A DNA stretch of 28,241 bases, taken from a virus (taxonomy: Duplodnaviria > Caudoviricetes). The stretch spans positions 1 to 28,241 of IMG/VR virus record IMGVR_UViG_3300033067_000434; one strand, written 5' to 3'. Below are positions 15,874-23,553 of this stretch, piece after piece. A program made the position numbers and the translations under genes. The number at the start of each line of letters is the position of its first letter. The stretch's first letter is position 1. A model generated the notes under the pieces. That model saw only the letters and a list, made by a program, of their open reading frames with translations, was not told the origin of the DNA and made no database searches.

Positions 15874-16488
15874 CTACGGCTCAATGCGCCACGACGGAAT
15901 CAGCAGACTGTCCGGCCACGGCGTCTCTGTCGTCTTGACACAGGTCACGGTCAGCGTGTTGTGCTCCACGGTGACGGCCACGAACGTGCCGGGGCAGAGC
16001 GACGGCGTGCTCGTCGGCGTCGGTGTGCTCGTGGCGCTCGGGGTGGGTGTTGGTGTCTCCGTACTGGTTGGAGACGGCGTGCTGGTCGGCGCGAGCGTGG
16101 GGGTTGGGGTTGGCAGCGACAGGGTCCGCACCAGCAACGGCTGTGACCACACGGCGCACGATGGCGCTCTCGGCCCTGAACAGACCGTCAACTGCATCAC
16201 GTACTCGGTATCAGGCAGGAGGCCAGTCAGCGTGATCGACTCCACGTCAGGCGTCGGCACGATCACTGACTGGTACGTTTGGCCCGGGGCGTACTGCCGC
16301 CAGAGCAGCCACGAGCGCACGTCGTCGAGCGCGTTGTCCACCCAGACAACTTCAATCGTCGTCGGCGTCACCAGGCCGGCCCGAATCGCGGTTGGCGCGG
16401 CCGGCGTCGCCTGGGGTGATGGCGTCTGGGCCTGGGCCGGCTGGACCGCCAGCACCAGAAGAATTGCCAGCGCCATCATCCACTTCAT
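15874..16488 (-). CDS. Secreted protein: signal peptide, fibronectin type III-like domain, Pro/Thr linker, small Cys-pair C-terminal domain
   Basis: ATG 16488 overlaps the sigma stop (ATGA); MKWMMALAILLVLAVQPAQA signal peptide; TTIEVVW...LTGLLPDTEYVMQL FN3 signature; PTPTPTLAPTSTPSPTSTETPTPTP repeat. Confidence 0.8.
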   Translation of the reverse strand: MKWMMALAILLVLAVQPAQAQTPSPQATPAAPTAIRAGLVTPTTIEVVWVDNALDDVRSWLLWRQYAPGQTYQSVIVPTPDVESITLTGLLPDTEYVMQLTVCSGPRAPSCAVWSQPLLVRTLSLPTPTPTLAPTSTPSPTSTETPTPTPSATSTPTPTSTPSLCPGTFVAVTVEHNTLTVTCVKTTETPWPDSLLIPSWRIEP

Positions 16489-16964
16489 GCGGTCTCCAGG
16501 AGGATCTGTCGAAGCCGCGCGTGGCCGCGATGCCTCAGCGTCTTGATATTGTCCGCAGTGCACCTGAGCACAAGCGCCGAGTCCTCAAGGCTCGACCCGA
16601 TTAGATACTGTTCGATCAGCGCCATGCGTTGTCGCTCAGGAAGGCGTCTCAGCGCTTCGGCCACACGGATCGCCGTCAGTTGACGGTCGGAGCCGGCGTC
16701 AAGCGTGGCCTGTCCGCCGGGCGCTTCAGAATCGATCGGCACGCTGGTCCCCCGCCGGTAGTGGTCGATCAGCAGGTTCCGCGCGATGACCTGGAGCCAT
16801 GCGCCGGGCTTGCCTTGATCCTGGTAGCGGTCAGCCGCTTGCAGCACGCGGAGAAACACGTCCGCCGTCAGATCCTCAGCCGTCTGTGCGTCTGCCACGC
16901 GCCGCCGCAGGAACCGATACACCGCCGGCCAGTGCTCGTCATACAGCGCGCCCGCGTCGATCAC
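16485..16964 (-). CDS. ECF-family RNA polymerase sigma factor
   Basis: Region 2 LYDEH...VYRFLRRRV...AEDLTADVFLR...AWLQVIARNLLIDHYRR; region 4 ALRRLPERQR...IKTLRHRGHARLR; GTG start overlapping the upstream TGA. Confidence 0.93.
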   Translation of the reverse strand: MIDAGALYDEHWPAVYRFLRRRVADAQTAEDLTADVFLRVLQAADRYQDQGKPGAWLQVIARNLLIDHYRRGTSVPIDSEAPGGQATLDAGSDRQLTAIRVAEALRRLPERQRMALIEQYLIGSSLEDSALVLRCTADNIKTLRHRGHARLRQILLETA

Positions 16965-18232
16965 CACGGCACCGGCACCGTCACTGAGCCACTCTGGAGC
17001 CGGTACAGCTCGTCCCACGTAATCAGAGGGATCTTCCGCTGGTTGGCCCAGTCGATGAACAGCGCGAGATTCTGCGCGGTGATGTCACCGCCAGAGGGCG
17101 CGATATCGTGATTGACGTAGATCCCGCAGCCGCCACGCCCAGCCAGCGTGTTCAGCTCGCCCTGGAGCGTCTGATGTGTCGCTCCACCGATCACCCGCGA
17201 GCCTGTGTGCAGCATGTCGGGATAGGGGAAGTATGTGCCCGTCTCGTTCGACCCGTGCCCGAACAGGTAGCCCTGCGCGACCAGCGCGTCCCGCGTCTTC
17301 GTGTCGAAACCAGCCTCACCGCCAGGGTATGAGAAATAGCTGGACACCGGGGTAGTCGGGACACCCCCTGCGATCAGGTCGGCGCGAGCGGTCGAGAGAT
17401 CCGCCTCGACCGCCGCCTGATTCGCCATCGCGTTCCAGGACGTATGGTCGGTCCCGTGATTGAGGGGCGTCCAGCCATCCGCCACCAGTTGATTGACCTG
17501 GGCGTAGGTCATCCGCGTGACGCCCGTTCCAACGCCTCCCGATCCTGCGATCCCCCCCGCCTGGAGCACAACGCTCGCGCGACCACCCTTCCTTTGCAGC
17601 ATGGGCCGCGCGATTGTGTAGTGCGAGAGCCAGGTGTCATGCAGACACAGGCAGATCGCCGGAACAAAATCCGCGCCGGTCATCAGGTTATCGAGCGAGA
17701 TCGCTGCGCCGATGGCCGGCGACGTGAATGTCACGTCCACCGCCGTCACCGTCTCCGAGCGGAGCGCCCCGCCGTTCACGCTCGCCGCGTCGAACTTCAG
17801 ATACAGGTTGTTCCAGCCGTTCGCATTGAACCGCCCAAGCCCGGTGTTTGCCGCCCACTGCCAGCCCTTGCTCGTCGGCGTGACCCAGAGCGTCACCGTC
17901 AGCGTGATGTTGGCTGAGTGGTGGTTGACAGCGTTCAGCAGGATGCCGGCCCCCTGACTCACGTCAATCGAGAGACCGGTCTTCCTGATCGTGACAGCCC
18001 CAGAGCCGGCTGTCGTCGTCACCTTGACGGACTGGCTGCCCTGGCTGAACTGGAGCGCCGTTGTGTTGTCAGCGATGGTTGGGGAGCCAGCGATGCCGGA
18101 CCACGCCGCCGCTGACTCGAAGCTCTCAGCGACGGTCGGCGTGGTCCGGGACAGATAGCGCGGCAGGGTGACGTACCGCTGTTTCGGCTGGCCAACCCGT
18201 GCGCGCCGCATCGGCAGCGTGGAGACTACCAT
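16961..18232 (-). CDS. Polysaccharide deacetylase-like (CE4/NodB) protein with N-terminal beta-sandwich-like domain
   Basis: ICLCLHD (motif 1 variant), GWTPLNHGTDH (metal-binding His pair), FSYPGG, YVNH and terminal ITWDEL. Confidence 0.8.
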   Translation of the reverse strand: MVVSTLPMRRARVGQPKQRYVTLPRYLSRTTPTVAESFESAAAWSGIAGSPTIADNTTALQFSQGSQSVKVTTTAGSGAVTIRKTGLSIDVSQGAGILLNAVNHHSANITLTVTLWVTPTSKGWQWAANTGLGRFNANGWNNLYLKFDAASVNGGALRSETVTAVDVTFTSPAIGAAISLDNLMTGADFVPAICLCLHDTWLSHYTIARPMLQRKGGRASVVLQAGGIAGSGGVGTGVTRMTYAQVNQLVADGWTPLNHGTDHTSWNAMANQAAVEADLSTARADLIAGGVPTTPVSSYFSYPGGEAGFDTKTRDALVAQGYLFGHGSNETGTYFPYPDMLHTGSRVIGGATHQTLQGELNTLAGRGGCGIYVNHDIAPSGGDITAQNLALFIDWANQRKIPLITWDELYRLQSGSVTVPVPW

Positions 18233-18234
18233 GG

Positions 18235-19989
18235 CTAGTCCTGATACCCGGCTAGCGTGACCTGGACCTTTGCACCCGAGACCGGCGAGGCGTCCGCGTC
18301 AAGCGTGCGCAGAATCCCGTAGATGCTCGAGCTGCCCACGCACCTGAACGGCATTGCCAGGCCGGCAACCACCGCCTCGGCTTTCGTGCTGTTCGTCGTC
18401 GGCTTCACAATCGCCGGGAACGTGATCGTCCCCAAATATTTGCCCTCGTTCGCGTAGAGCCGCGTCGCCTCGGCGTTGTCGTTGATCGCCGTGATCGTGT
18501 CGTCGTAGAGATCCAGCTCGTAACGAACGACGGCCGCCGAGTCGTCGGTTGCCACCCGCGCCACCGTGATCGTGCCGGTCCCCGTTGCGATGCGTCCCAC
18601 CGCAAACGTCCAGATCGTCCCAGCCGAGGCAGACTCGGCGATGGCGTCGTTCGCCGCGTAGGCGTTGGTGTCAGCAGGTCGGGTTTTCTCAACGCGGACA
18701 ACGAACGTGAAGCCGCCCGACTTGTGGTGGGGCACCTGTTCGCTGTTCTCCGTCGTGGACGCGACGTTGACGGTTGCACCACTCGCGTCTTTTACTGCCA
18801 GCGTCATAGATCCTCCAACGTCGTACGCCAGAATGTCGCCCACGTTGTTGGGCAGGCCGCTGCTCAGGATCGTCCCCAGCCCAAAGTACCAGCGGCCGTC
18901 CAGATACTCGAACGCCTGGGCCTCAGTCTGGCCCTGACTGCCGCCCCCGATATCGTCTGGGATAAACTCCAGTTCGTCAGACCAGCTGCTCAGATCGCTG
19001 GTCCTCCTCACGGCCACCACGGTGTTGCCGCTGCCATCCGTGTAGCTCCACAACACGTACAGCGCGCCGCCAAACACCTTCAGATCCCAGGGCCGGTGAT
19101 TGCTGCCGGTCGTAGGCTTCGCTGCCGTGTAGTGCGCCGTGAACACGTGGCTCGCGCTCATGCTGTAGATGCCGAACGGCAGCCACCAGTAATTGACCCG
19201 AATGTCTGAGCCGAGATAGATCCACTGACCAGCGAACGCCACGCCACGGTACATCCGCCCATACGTTGGCGAGCCGATGCCCACACTCGGAAACACGTCC
19301 GCGTACTTCGTGGACGGTGACGAGAGCGCCGACCAGGTCGTCCCGTCCGTCGAGCGGATCAGCGTATGGTTCGTGGTGTCGGAGGACTGGCGGCTCCGGT
19401 GGACGTAGCACGCCCCCGCGAACGTGAACGCCTCGGTGTACATCTCCAACACCGAGCCGGTGAAACGCGTCGTCCACGTGCCATTCAGCCCCTTGTCAGC
19501 AGCGCCAGACGAGTACGGCGCGGTCACGATGCCCACGCCAGAGATGTTCACCGATGGCGCCGCCACCCAGTAGACGGTTCCGGCCACATCGAACGTCGTG
19601 ATGGCCCACTGGTGATTGAGCGCCACGCCTGCCGATCCACGCTCGACCCAGGCGGACCCCTCCAGGTGGCCGAACCACATCTGGCTTTCAACGGAGCCTC
19701 TCGGGTCCACGTACGGCACGACCATGTCGCCGCTCGGCGTCAGGATGAAGCGATCAATCTCTTCAGTCTGGAGGCTCGCCCCGTAGCTGAACGAGTCGTC
19801 AACCGGGTTGAGCACGATCACCTTGCACGGCCCGACGTTCGCCTCCAGGTCGCCCGATCCGATGTAGATCAGGCCGTTATGCGCCTGCATGTCCGGCACG
19901 CGCAAGCGCGGCGAGGCTGACGTGTTGAAATACCCAGCTGCCCCGGCCGGGTTTCCCAACCGCACAACCGAGGTCGTCACGTCAGCCAC
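18235..19989 (-). CDS. Two-domain virion-accessory-like protein: beta-propeller-like N-terminus plus C-terminal beta domain
   Basis: Asp-box-like RSTDGTTW and RTSDLSSW; C-terminal part starts MTLAVKDASG...TRPADTNAYAAND. Start placed at GTG 19989, 2 nt after the small upstream ORF. Confidence 0.7.
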   Translation of the reverse strand: MADVTTSVVRLGNPAGAAGYFNTSASPRLRVPDMQAHNGLIYIGSGDLEANVGPCKVIVLNPVDDSFSYGASLQTEEIDRFILTPSGDMVVPYVDPRGSVESQMWFGHLEGSAWVERGSAGVALNHQWAITTFDVAGTVYWVAAPSVNISGVGIVTAPYSSGAADKGLNGTWTTRFTGSVLEMYTEAFTFAGACYVHRSRQSSDTTNHTLIRSTDGTTWSALSSPSTKYADVFPSVGIGSPTYGRMYRGVAFAGQWIYLGSDIRVNYWWLPFGIYSMSASHVFTAHYTAAKPTTGSNHRPWDLKVFGGALYVLWSYTDGSGNTVVAVRRTSDLSSWSDELEFIPDDIGGGSQGQTEAQAFEYLDGRWYFGLGTILSSGLPNNVGDILAYDVGGSMTLAVKDASGATVNVASTTENSEQVPHHKSGGFTFVVRVEKTRPADTNAYAANDAIAESASAGTIWTFAVGRIATGTGTITVARVATDDSAAVVRYELDLYDDTITAINDNAEATRLYANEGKYLGTITFPAIVKPTTNSTKAEAVVAGLAMPFRCVGSSSIYGILRTLDADASPVSGAKVQVTLAGYQD

Positions 19990-19991
19990 GA

Positions 19992-20126
19992 TCAGAAACC
20001 AACCGTGAACAGGTGGGCCGATTGGTTCGCGTTGCTGAAATCCCACTGGCCGCCAGTGAGAACAGCAACTATCACCCGCCGCGCCGCCGCTCCGAGAGCC
20101 CGCCCTCGCCCAACTGCTCTACTCAT
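19992..20126 (-). CDS. Small protein (44 aa, absent from ORF track)
   Basis: MSRAVGRGRALGAAARRVIVAVLTGGQWDFSNANQSAHLFTVGF; ATGA overlap with the upstream stop and fills the gap exactly. Confidence 0.65.
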   Translation of the reverse strand: MSRAVGRGRALGAAARRVIVAVLTGGQWDFSNANQSAHLFTVGF

Positions 20127-20509
20127 GCGTAGTACACCACCAACGTGCCGCTCTTCGAGGCACCAGCGTTACTGACCTGGAGTTCCAATGTGCTGTCAAC
20201 GGCGACGGGCTGAGCCGCTGCGGTGGCGTCCCCGACCAACGGGCACTTCTGAGTGCTGGACGCATTGGACAGGTTGGCGCCCAGGCCAGCCAGCACGTCG
20301 AGGCCGTCAGCGTCGTTGAGCACCACGTCATACAGGTCGGTCGGCTGATTCCCGCCCGCGCCGGGCTTGAAAACCACCCGCAGAATCACACCAGAGATCA
20401 ACCCCGTGAGGTTGCCACTGACAGCGCCGCCAGCCGTGCTGGTCCAGTCGAGCGTCAACGTTCTGATCGGACGGTGCGCCTGGTGCGTCACCGTGAGCGT
20501 GCCGGCCAT
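20123..20509 (-). CDS. Hypothetical beta-rich structural protein (head accessory candidate)
   Basis: 128 aa, GGAGG RBS, in the post-capsid cluster. Confidence 0.75.
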   Translation of the reverse strand: MAGTLTVTHQAHRPIRTLTLDWTSTAGGAVSGNLTGLISGVILRVVFKPGAGGNQPTDLYDVVLNDADGLDVLAGLGANLSNASSTQKCPLVGDATAAAQPVAVDSTLELQVSNAGASKSGTLVVYYA

Positions 20510-20529
20510 CCTCTACCTCCAGAAATGGA

Positions 20530-20556
20530 GAGGCCCGGGCATACCGCCCGGGCCTC
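20530..20556 (-). terminator. Intergenic hairpin, weak terminator or mRNA stabiliser
   Basis: 11-bp stem GAGGCCCGGGC/GCCCGGGCCTC, followed on the minus strand by TCCATTTCT. Confidence 0.55.
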
Positions 20557-20574
20557 GGTTCACGCCGCGTCGAT

Positions 20575-21492
20575 CTACGTGATAACCGGCGTGAGGATGG
20601 CGCTGGTGTCGATGGCGTCGTCCTGGTAGCACTCGTAGCTGAAGCACGAGCCGGGATCGACACCAGTCTGCTGGGTCATGTTGTTGTGGTAGTAGTTCTC
20701 GATCAGCGCGCCGGTGCAGGCCGAGACCAGCTCAATCGAGTGATCGCCGGTCTGAAGGTTGGCGATGAAGTTGCGGGTGATCTTCAGATTGGTCAGCACC
20801 TTGCCGGTTGGGTTGTGGATCGGCGCGTCGTTGCAGTCCGCCCAGAAGTGGTTTCCCTGAATCACCACACCGTCCGCGACTTCGTCCAGGCCGATGCAGT
20901 TGTCCGCGCCAGCGGTCGGTGAGGTAAAGATGCAGTCGATGACTGCCAGGCGGTCGCAGGCGTTTGCGGACCCGCCGTTCAGATCGATGCAAGTCACCCA
21001 CTCGCGGGCGGTGGCCGCTGTCCGTGCCCGGAACTCGACGGCCTTGATGACGCAGTCGGCCCGATCCACGTCGATCACGATGGTACAGTCGTGCTCGACT
21101 TTGACGAGCACGTTCTCCAGGTGTGAGCCGATGGCGTCGAAGTGGATGGTACTGGCGACCGCCGACATGGTGATCGTCGGCCGAGCAGCCCCGGCCCCGA
21201 GGCCGATCACTTTCACGCCCGCCACGTCGAAGTCGATGCCAGCTGCACCAGAGACGGTCTCAGCGTGGCCGGGCATCACGTAGATCACGTCGCCCTTGTT
21301 GGCGGTGCACTGTCCGATAGCGTAGTCGATGGTGGCGAACGGGGCATCAGGCGAGCGGCCAGCGCCCGCGCTGTCGGCCGCTGCGGCGTGCGTGCTGTCA
21401 ACGAAAAAAATCTCGCCGGGGTGGGCGATCAGATCAGCAATGGTGAAGACACCGCCGGCCTGGTGGCGGCTGAAGAGCGCTGTGCGACCCAT
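20575..21492 (-). CDS. Beta-helix (pectin-lyase-like) protein, head fibre/spike candidate
   Basis: IFFVDS...GRSPDAPFATIDYAI...GDVIYVMPGH N-terminal motif followed by repeated VIQGNHF/ITRNFI/IENYY turns. Confidence 0.75.
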   Translation of the reverse strand: MGRTALFSRHQAGGVFTIADLIAHPGEIFFVDSTHAAAADSAGAGRSPDAPFATIDYAIGQCTANKGDVIYVMPGHAETVSGAAGIDFDVAGVKVIGLGAGAARPTITMSAVASTIHFDAIGSHLENVLVKVEHDCTIVIDVDRADCVIKAVEFRARTAATAREWVTCIDLNGGSANACDRLAVIDCIFTSPTAGADNCIGLDEVADGVVIQGNHFWADCNDAPIHNPTGKVLTNLKITRNFIANLQTGDHSIELVSACTGALIENYYHNNMTQQTGVDPGSCFSYECYQDDAIDTSAILTPVIT

Positions 21493-21532
21493 GTGCGGGT
21501 TCCCCTCTCGGTTGGACCGGTGTCATGGTGAA

Positions 21533-21555
21533 GGGGCGGCCAGATCGACCGCCCC
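21533..21555 (-). terminator. Intergenic hairpin, weak terminator or mRNA stabiliser
   Basis: GGGGCGG...CCGCCCC stem just after the stop of 21564..22043. Confidence 0.5.
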
Positions 21556-21563
21556 AGCGATGG

Positions 21564-22043
21564 TTAGCTCGGGGTGACGTAGACCTTGGAGCCGGTCACC
21601 GCTGCGCCCTGCAACTGCTTTCGCTTGTTGTGGGAGCCGTAGCGCACCAGCACGCCCGTCACGTTGTCAACGCCGGTGTTCCCACCCTCAGCGACGTACA
21701 GGCGAACGTGGGTGAAGCCGTTGGCAACGTCGAGGTCTTCGGCCTTCCATTCGAGGACGACAAAGTCGCCATCGGCATCGACCGGGTTCGCGGTGTCGTA
21801 GTTGCCACCGCTGGCGTCGGTGGTCAGATCCTTCGCACCGGTACCGCTGGCGTCAGTCGCCTGCTCGATCCGGCACTCGTCGAGATCGTCGGTGGCGTTC
21901 CATGTGCCGATCTCGACGTAGGCGTAGCCCTGGTCAAATTCGGCCATAGGCACCCAGGAAGTCGAGGCGTTGGTTCCGCCGATGTCGGCCGTTTCGAGCA
22001 GCGTCACCACTGCATCTCGGCTCATCAGGTACTGGTTTGGCAT
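21564..22043 (-). CDS. Capsid decoration/cement-like protein candidate
   Basis: 159-aa acidic, beta-rich protein directly after the major capsid gene; function inferred from position. Confidence 0.65.
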   Translation of the reverse strand: MPNQYLMSRDAVVTLLETADIGGTNASTSWVPMAEFDQGYAYVEIGTWNATDDLDECRIEQATDASGTGAKDLTTDASGGNYDTANPVDADGDFVVLEWKAEDLDVANGFTHVRLYVAEGGNTGVDNVTGVLVRYGSHNKRKQLQGAAVTGSKVYVTPS

Positions 22044-22059
22044 CTCTCTCTCCAGAGAA

Positions 22060-22079
22060 GCCCGGCCAACTGGCCGGGC
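22060..22079 (-). terminator. Hairpin after the major capsid gene
   Basis: GCCCGGCCA/TGGCCGGGC inverted repeat followed on the minus strand by TTCTCT. Confidence 0.55.
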
Positions 22080-22100
22080 GCTCAGATTTCAGGGGCCGAC

Positions 22101-23459
22101 TTAGCGCGCCTGGAGAACGACGAACGGCGACTGTGTCAGTGAGCCCTTGAATGGGGTGACGGCCGAGCGCCAGGGAGACTTATTGTTGATCCGCTGGGTC
22201 CAGCGGAACGTACGCTCGCCGTAGATGAACCGAACGTGATCGCTCTGCGCCTCTTCCACGGACCCCTTGGTAATCACGATCATCTCGCTGAGGTTCACCA
22301 GCGCGATGTCACCGACATCACCAAGAGCAGCCGACTGCTCGCACTCAAGGGCCGGGCGGCCCTTGATGCGCAGGATCCCGTCAGACCCGTAGTTGACGAA
22401 CCTCGGCTCCAGTGCGGCCGTGCCAGCGGGGATCGTCAGCTCGTCAAGCTGCGCCCCGCACTCGCTGTTGTAGAGCCAGACCGCCCCGCCCTTGAGCCGG
22501 GCAGGCATCCGCATCCACATATCGCTGAGGTTGCGGGAGGTGATGGTGTCGGCCGCCTGACCGGTTTCCTTGTTGACCGTCACGAGGCCTGGGCAAGCCG
22601 TGAACCCCTGCCCTTCGCCGGCTCCCGAACCTCGGAACAGCTCGTTGTCGATGATGAACGCGAACTCGTTTCGGAACGCCGTGCCGTAGATCGCGCCCAC
22701 CGCACGGGCGTCCGCCATCATCCTGTCGGTCTGATAGGCCAGGCCCATCAGATCCAGCAGCGCCAGGGCGAACAACTCCTCCTCGGGCTGAGAGGCCGCA
22801 ACGGTCGCGGCCTCCTTACGGCGATAGACCCGGACACCCCCGAATCGCGAGCCGGTCGCCCGGCTGGTGTCGGTGAAGTACGGGGCCTTGATCTCGTCAA
22901 CCCCATCCGGCAGCTGGATGGTGTTGCAGTAGGGCAGGAGCATCGACGCTTCCGCGCCCATCTCAAACAGCGCCATCGTCAGCATGGTGCCGACGCTGAA
23001 ACCGCCGAGCGACGGATCGGACGTCTGTCCGCCCGATGCCGCAGCCAGGAAGCGCGGGTCAACTGCCCCACCCTGCGCTGCACGGAAAACGGCCTGCATA
23101 CAGGCCCCCAGCGCCACATCCACGGCGCGAGGAACGCCGCCCAGCTTGAGCACGCCATCCTTGCCCTCGACGACGCGAACGCCCTGCTCGTAGCCCCAGG
23201 GCTTGTCTGCCGCGCGGTTGTGGCCACCGGTGATCGCCGGCACAGACGCCCCGACCGCAGCCTGACGTGCGCGGCGGCGCTCCTCGGCGGCGATCTCCTC
23301 GCCAATCGCCTGAAGCCGAGCCTCGCGAGCATCGTCAGCAGTCCGCTCTTCAGCCGTCAGCGCGCGGTTCTCAGCCTCGGCTGCCTTGAACACGGCCTCG
23401 CCGGCGGCCGTCAGGTCAGCGCGCTCCTGTAGGAGTTCGCTGTATCGCGTGGTAGCCAT
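22101..23459 (-). CDS. HK97-fold major capsid protein with N-terminal coiled-coil scaffold (delta) domain
   Basis: Position after the protease; coiled-coil N-terminus, GGFSV, ELFRGSGAGEGQG, IKGRP, GDIALVNLS, SPFVVLQAR; GGGAGGGAG RBS before ATG 23459. Confidence 0.93.
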   Translation of the reverse strand: MATTRYSELLQERADLTAAGEAVFKAAEAENRALTAEERTADDAREARLQAIGEEIAAEERRRARQAAVGASVPAITGGHNRAADKPWGYEQGVRVVEGKDGVLKLGGVPRAVDVALGACMQAVFRAAQGGAVDPRFLAAASGGQTSDPSLGGFSVGTMLTMALFEMGAEASMLLPYCNTIQLPDGVDEIKAPYFTDTSRATGSRFGGVRVYRRKEAATVAASQPEEELFALALLDLMGLAYQTDRMMADARAVGAIYGTAFRNEFAFIIDNELFRGSGAGEGQGFTACPGLVTVNKETGQAADTITSRNLSDMWMRMPARLKGGAVWLYNSECGAQLDELTIPAGTAALEPRFVNYGSDGILRIKGRPALECEQSAALGDVGDIALVNLSEMIVITKGSVEEAQSDHVRFIYGERTFRWTQRINNKSPWRSAVTPFKGSLTQSPFVVLQAR

Positions 23460-23500
23460 TCTGGCTCCCTCCCTGTGCTGGCCGGGTTGACGGCCGCGAA

Positions 23501-23544
23501 ATGCGAAAGCCCCGACCACAATGGTCGGGGCTTGGAGTTGTCAA
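23501..23544 (-). promoter_or_regulatory. TTGACA plus 12-bp hairpin plus CTTTCGCAT upstream of the capsid gene
   Basis: Minus strand TTGACA (23539-23544), AAGCCCCGACCA-ttg-TGGTCGGGGCTT, then TCGCAT; no good -10 hexamer. Confidence 0.6.
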
Positions 23545-23553
23545 TACGGGTGG

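Noticed and set aside
15874-16488. Classical anti-sigma factor downstream of the ECF sigma
   Set aside because: No cytoplasmic anti-sigma domain or HxxxCxxC motif; the hydrophobic segment is at the extreme N-terminus with an AQA cleavage site.
22236-23432. 398-aa plus-strand ORF, and similar long plus-strand ORFs at 6477-7433, 8245-9111, 11034-12104 and 26174-27247
   Set aside because: Antisense shadows of well-supported minus-strand genes; expected in high-GC DNA, with no motifs or RBS.
23518-23544. Complete sigma70 promoter upstream of the capsid gene
   Set aside because: TTGACA is present but there is no acceptable -10 hexamer at 16-18 nt; kept only as part of the hairpin element.
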